Assembly (NCBI GenBank): GCA_018001695.1
Contig: JAGNHN010000006.1
Span: forward strand, 12,358-76,357
DNA length: 64,000 nt
Direction of reading: 5' to 3'
Source: Lentimicrobiaceae bacterium
GTDB lineage: Bacteria; Bacteroidota; Bacteroidia; Bacteroidales; JAGNHN01
Shown piece by piece: positions 60,882 to 64,000 of the stretch; the stretch's first letter is position 1; the number at the start of each line of letters is the position of its first letter. Position numbers and translations under genes: made by a program. Under the pieces are notes generated by a model. That model searched no databases. It was not told the origin of the DNA and worked only from the letters and a program-made list of their open reading frames with translations.

Positions 60882-62129
60882 ATGGCAGTATTAAAAGCCT
60901 TCAGGGGCTGGCGCCCCCCCAGGGATATTGCATCATTACTGGCCTCCAGGCCCTACGACGTTCTTAACTCAGAAGAAGCCCGGGAAGAAGCCAAGGGCAA
61001 CCCCTATTCTCTTCTGCATATCATCAAACCGGAAATTGATCTGGATCCTGCCATTGACGTTCATGCCGATGAGGTCTATGACAAAGCAGTGGAGAATTTT
61101 ACCATGTACCGGGAGAAAGGATGGCTCGTACAGGATGCTGAAGACCGTCTGTATATCTACGCCCAAACCATGAACGCCAGGACACAATATGGCATCGTGG
61201 GTTGCGCATCGGTAGCGGATTACATGAACGGGATCATCAAAAAACATGAGCTGACACGCAAGGATAAGGAAGAAGACAGGATGAAGCATGTGCGTGTCAA
61301 CAATGCCAACCTGGAGCCCGTATTCTTTAGCTATCCGGCTTTACCTGAGCTGGATAACCTCATTCTGGAATATGCCCGCCAGCATGAGCCTGAGTATGAC
61401 TTTGTGGCAGCGGATGGCGTTGGACATCACTTCTGGGTGATTGAGGATGCATTGCTGACAGAGAAGATCATCAGGCTCTTTGACGGTATTCCTTTTATCT
61501 ATGTCGCCGACGGTCACCACCGCACTGCAGCCGCTGCCCTGGTAGGTAATGAGAAAAAGGCCAATAATCCGGATCATAAAGGTGATGAGGAATACAATTT
61601 CTTTCTGTCTGTAAATTTCCCCGATAACCAGCTCACCATCATCGATTACAACCGCGTTGTGACGGATTTGAACGGGCTGACATCAGCGGAATTTTTAAGC
61701 AGGCTAGCGGAGATTTTCGTCATTGAACCCAAAGGAAATGCGCTGCATAAGCCCTGTTGCCTCCATAATTTTGCCTTGTATCTAGAGGGAAATTGGTATT
61801 CTCTCACAGCCAGGGAAGGTACTTATGATGATACCGATCCTATCGGTGTGCTGGATGTGACCATCCTCAGTAAGCAGGTGCTTGATCATATTCTGGATAT
61901 CAAAGACCTCAGAACCTCCAAACGGATTGATTTTGTAGGGGGTATCCGGGGTTTGGGTGAATTGGTCAAACGCGTTGACAGTGGTGAAATGAAAGCAGCC
62001 TTTGCGTTGCATCCTGTATCTATGCAACAGCTCATTGATATCGCGGATACCGGCAATATCATGCCGCCGAAGACGACCTGGTTTGAACCCAAGCTACGCA
62101 GTGGACTGGTTGTCCATACGCTGGATTAA
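60882..62129 (+). CDS. DUF1015 family protein
   Basis: ASRPYDV, SLLHIIKPE, IKKHELTR, YVADGHHRTA, MPPKTTWFEPKLRSGL. Confidence 0.92.
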   Translation: MAVLKAFRGWRPPRDIASLLASRPYDVLNSEEAREEAKGNPYSLLHIIKPEIDLDPAIDVHADEVYDKAVENFTMYREKGWLVQDAEDRLYIYAQTMNARTQYGIVGCASVADYMNGIIKKHELTRKDKEEDRMKHVRVNNANLEPVFFSYPALPELDNLILEYARQHEPEYDFVAADGVGHHFWVIEDALLTEKIIRLFDGIPFIYVADGHHRTAAAALVGNEKKANNPDHKGDEEYNFFLSVNFPDNQLTIIDYNRVVTDLNGLTSAEFLSRLAEIFVIEPKGNALHKPCCLHNFALYLEGNWYSLTAREGTYDDTDPIGVLDVTILSKQVLDHILDIKDLRTSKRIDFVGGIRGLGELVKRVDSGEMKAAFALHPVSMQQLIDIADTGNIMPPKTTWFEPKLRSGLVVHTLD

Positions 62130-62300
62130 ACCTGTATTTCTTCTTGCTTTTTTCCCTTTACTGACATTTCTCTCTCCTGCAGTATTTGCTGTTCGTCAGA
62201 TTAGTATGTCCTATAGGGATGCGTCAGCACATCCTCAAGGTTACTCCCCTTGTTTCCGTTTTTTTATTCATAAATCAATGGATATATATTGGATGTTTCA

Positions 62301-62308
62301 TAACTTTG
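62301..62308 (+). promoter_or_regulatory. -7 promoter box for thiolase gene
   Basis: TAACTTTG, 15 nt before ATG 62324. Confidence 0.6.
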
Positions 62309-62323
62309 GAAAAACGAATTACG

Positions 62324-63505
62324 ATGAAGCAGGAAGTATATATTGTTTCGGCGGTCCGTACCCCCCTGGGTAGTTTTGGCGGAAGCCTGGCCGCACTCAG
62401 TGCCACAAAACTTGGGGCCATTGCCATCAAGGGCGCTCTGGATAAGGTCAAACTGGACCCTGCACAGGTGCAGGAAGTGTTCATGGGTAGTGTGCTTCAG
62501 GCCAACCTGGGGCAGGCGCCTGCGCGACAGGCAGCCCTGTTTGCCGGTTTGCCCGATTCTGTTCCCTGTACTGCGGTGAACAAAGTATGTGCATCAGGGA
62601 TTAAGGCGGTCATGCTGGCCGCTCAGAGCATCCTGGCCGGTGACAATGATGTCGTTGTTGCCGGGGGCATGGAAAGCATGTCCAATGTCCCACATTATAT
62701 ATCAGGTGTAAGGTCTGGCATTAAGCTGGGCCATGGTCAGGTTTTGGACGGGATGATTCGTGATGGATTATGGGATGTTTACAAAGATTATCATATGGGC
62801 AACGCAGCTGAGAACACAGCCCGCGAGCTGTCAATCAGCCGTGAAGATCAGGATGCCCTCGCGATTGAATCCTATACCCGTGCTGCAAAGGCATGGGAAC
62901 AAGGTGTTTTCAGCAATGAGATCGTGCCCGTCGAGATCCCACAGCGTAAGGGTGATCCGCTTGTTATCAAGGAAGACGAGGAATACCGGAAGGTTGACTT
63001 TGCGCGTATCCCAGGGTTGAAACCTGTTTTTGAGAAGGATGGCACCATCACGGCTGCCAATGCTTCGACGATCAACGACGGAGCTGCCGCCCTCATTCTG
63101 ATGAGTCGCGCCAGGGCTGAATCTCTGGGCATCAAACCGCTGGCCATTATCCGGTCCTATGCTGATGCCGCACAGGCACCCGAATGGTTTACAACAGCCC
63201 CTGCCAAGGCGATCCGTTTGGCTCTCGAAAAATCCGGGCTTCAGCTCGATGAGATCGACTTCTTTGAGATCAATGAAGCCTTTGCGGTGGTTGCGCTGGC
63301 TGCAATCCGTGAGCTGGGCCTCGACACCTCCAAAGTAAACGTGCGTGGATCAGGCATTTCGCTTGGACATCCTCTTGGTGCGACCGGTGCCCGCATTCTG
63401 GTGACCCTGGTGCATATCCTGGACCAAAACCAAGGAAAGTACGGCCTGGCCGGTCTCTGCAACGGTGGCGGGGGTGCATCAGCCCTGGTTATTGAAAAGC
63501 CATAA
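62324..63505 (+). CDS. Acetyl-CoA C-acetyltransferase (thiolase)
   Basis: VSAVRTPLGSF, NKVCASG (catalytic Cys), GGMESMS, NEAFA, GHPLGATG, LCNGGGGA. Start placed at MKQEV. Confidence 0.95.
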   Translation: MKQEVYIVSAVRTPLGSFGGSLAALSATKLGAIAIKGALDKVKLDPAQVQEVFMGSVLQANLGQAPARQAALFAGLPDSVPCTAVNKVCASGIKAVMLAAQSILAGDNDVVVAGGMESMSNVPHYISGVRSGIKLGHGQVLDGMIRDGLWDVYKDYHMGNAAENTARELSISREDQDALAIESYTRAAKAWEQGVFSNEIVPVEIPQRKGDPLVIKEDEEYRKVDFARIPGLKPVFEKDGTITAANASTINDGAAALILMSRARAESLGIKPLAIIRSYADAAQAPEWFTTAPAKAIRLALEKSGLQLDEIDFFEINEAFAVVALAAIRELGLDTSKVNVRGSGISLGHPLGATGARILVTLVHILDQNQGKYGLAGLCNGGGGASALVIEKP

Positions 63506-63543
63506 GGTATCCGAAGACCAGCCATACCCTTCAGCGAGTTTAT

Positions 63544-63551
63544 TACCTTTG
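63544..63551 (+). promoter_or_regulatory. -7 promoter box for yggS
   Basis: TACCTTTG, 15 nt before ATG 63567. Confidence 0.55.
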
Positions 63552-63566
63552 CTGAAAATCCTTGTC

Positions 63567-64000
63567 ATGTCTGTCGAATCCAATATTCAGCAGATCATCA
63601 CACAGCTGCCCCGGCATATTCGCCTCGTTGCTGTTACCAAGACCGTGGAACCTGATGTAATACGGCACGCTTATCAGGCCGGACTGAGGGATTTTGGAGA
63701 AAACCGGGCGCAGGAACTCATACGCAAGGCACCCATACTGCCCCCGGATATCCGTTGGCATTATATCGGGCACTTGCAGCGGAATAAAGTCAGACAGATC
63801 ATCCCCTTTGTCTCGCTCATACACAGCACCGATAGCCTGCGTTTGCTGGAAGTTATCAATCATGAAGCCAGTCGTGCAGGAAGGCAGGTTGATGTGCTGC
63901 TTCAGTTCCATATCGCTGAAGAAGAGACTAAGTATGGCCTGGACCTGGATGAAGCCATTGGCCTTCTCAATAGTCCGGCCTACGCTTCCATGCATCATGT
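63567..64000 (+). CDS. yggS: PLP homeostasis protein YggS/PROSC (partial, runs off right edge)
   Basis: Not in the ORF track. Manual translation gives MSVESNIQQIITQLPRHIRLVAVTKT...FGENRAQEL...WHYIGHLQRNKV...IHSTDS. Confidence 0.95.
   Translation, partial: MSVESNIQQIITQLPRHIRLVAVTKTVEPDVIRHAYQAGLRDFGENRAQELIRKAPILPPDIRWHYIGHLQRNKVRQIIPFVSLIHSTDSLRLLEVINHEASRAGRQVDVLLQFHIAEEETKYGLDLDEAIGLLNSPAYASMHH

Noticed and set aside
62186-62323. N-terminal extension of thiolase in the ORF track
   Set aside because: It spans the TAACTTTG promoter box; family homology starts at MKQEV (62324).
63543-63998. Track ORF 63543..63998 (-)
   Set aside because: Antisense shadow of yggS, which is open on + from 63567.
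1-64000. CRISPR arrays, IS elements/transposases, prophage, tRNA/rRNA, defence systems, frameshifted pseudogenes
   Set aside because: No repeat-spacer array, mobile-element or phage motifs, or cloverleaf/rRNA signatures were seen, and the recognised genes are intact single ORFs. Manual reading could miss very degenerate remnants.

Overview
Chromosomal window from a Bacteroidota bacterium, probably Bacteroidia. Evidence: repeated TAnnTTTG -7 promoter boxes, T9SS C-terminal-domain cargo proteins, and the fabI-recN-porD-coaBC-rpoZ-bamD and serC-serA-DUF1015 gene orders. It is densely coding housekeeping DNA: mutL (cut by the left edge), relA/spoT, glgB, gyrA, clpC, etfBA-acyl-CoA dehydrogenase, photolyase, dapA, lon, rpmE2, thiolase and yggS (cut by the right edge), plus several secreted enzymes. 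I saw no transposase, integrase, prophage, tRNA/rRNA or CRISPR array. The most striking unexplained element is a ~375-nt region (about 8424-8800) upstream of relA/spoT. It has its own promoter, a closing terminator-like hairpin, 5'/3' end pairing, three c(UACG)g hairpins and a possible pseudoknot, and I cannot assign it to a known RNA family. Other points of interest: a J-domain coiled-coil gene coupled to a PQQ beta-propeller gene with an odd N-terminal leader, GyrA with Ile at the Ser83-equivalent quinolone position, tandem M14 peptidases (one dockerin-tailed, one T9SS-tailed), a SulA/CapB-like sulfonolipid enzyme, a T9SS reeler-like protein with CxxCH, and a degenerate enhancer-binding-like regulator behind a TTAAG-rich divergent promoter. 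All family assignments come from motif recognition; no database search was run.
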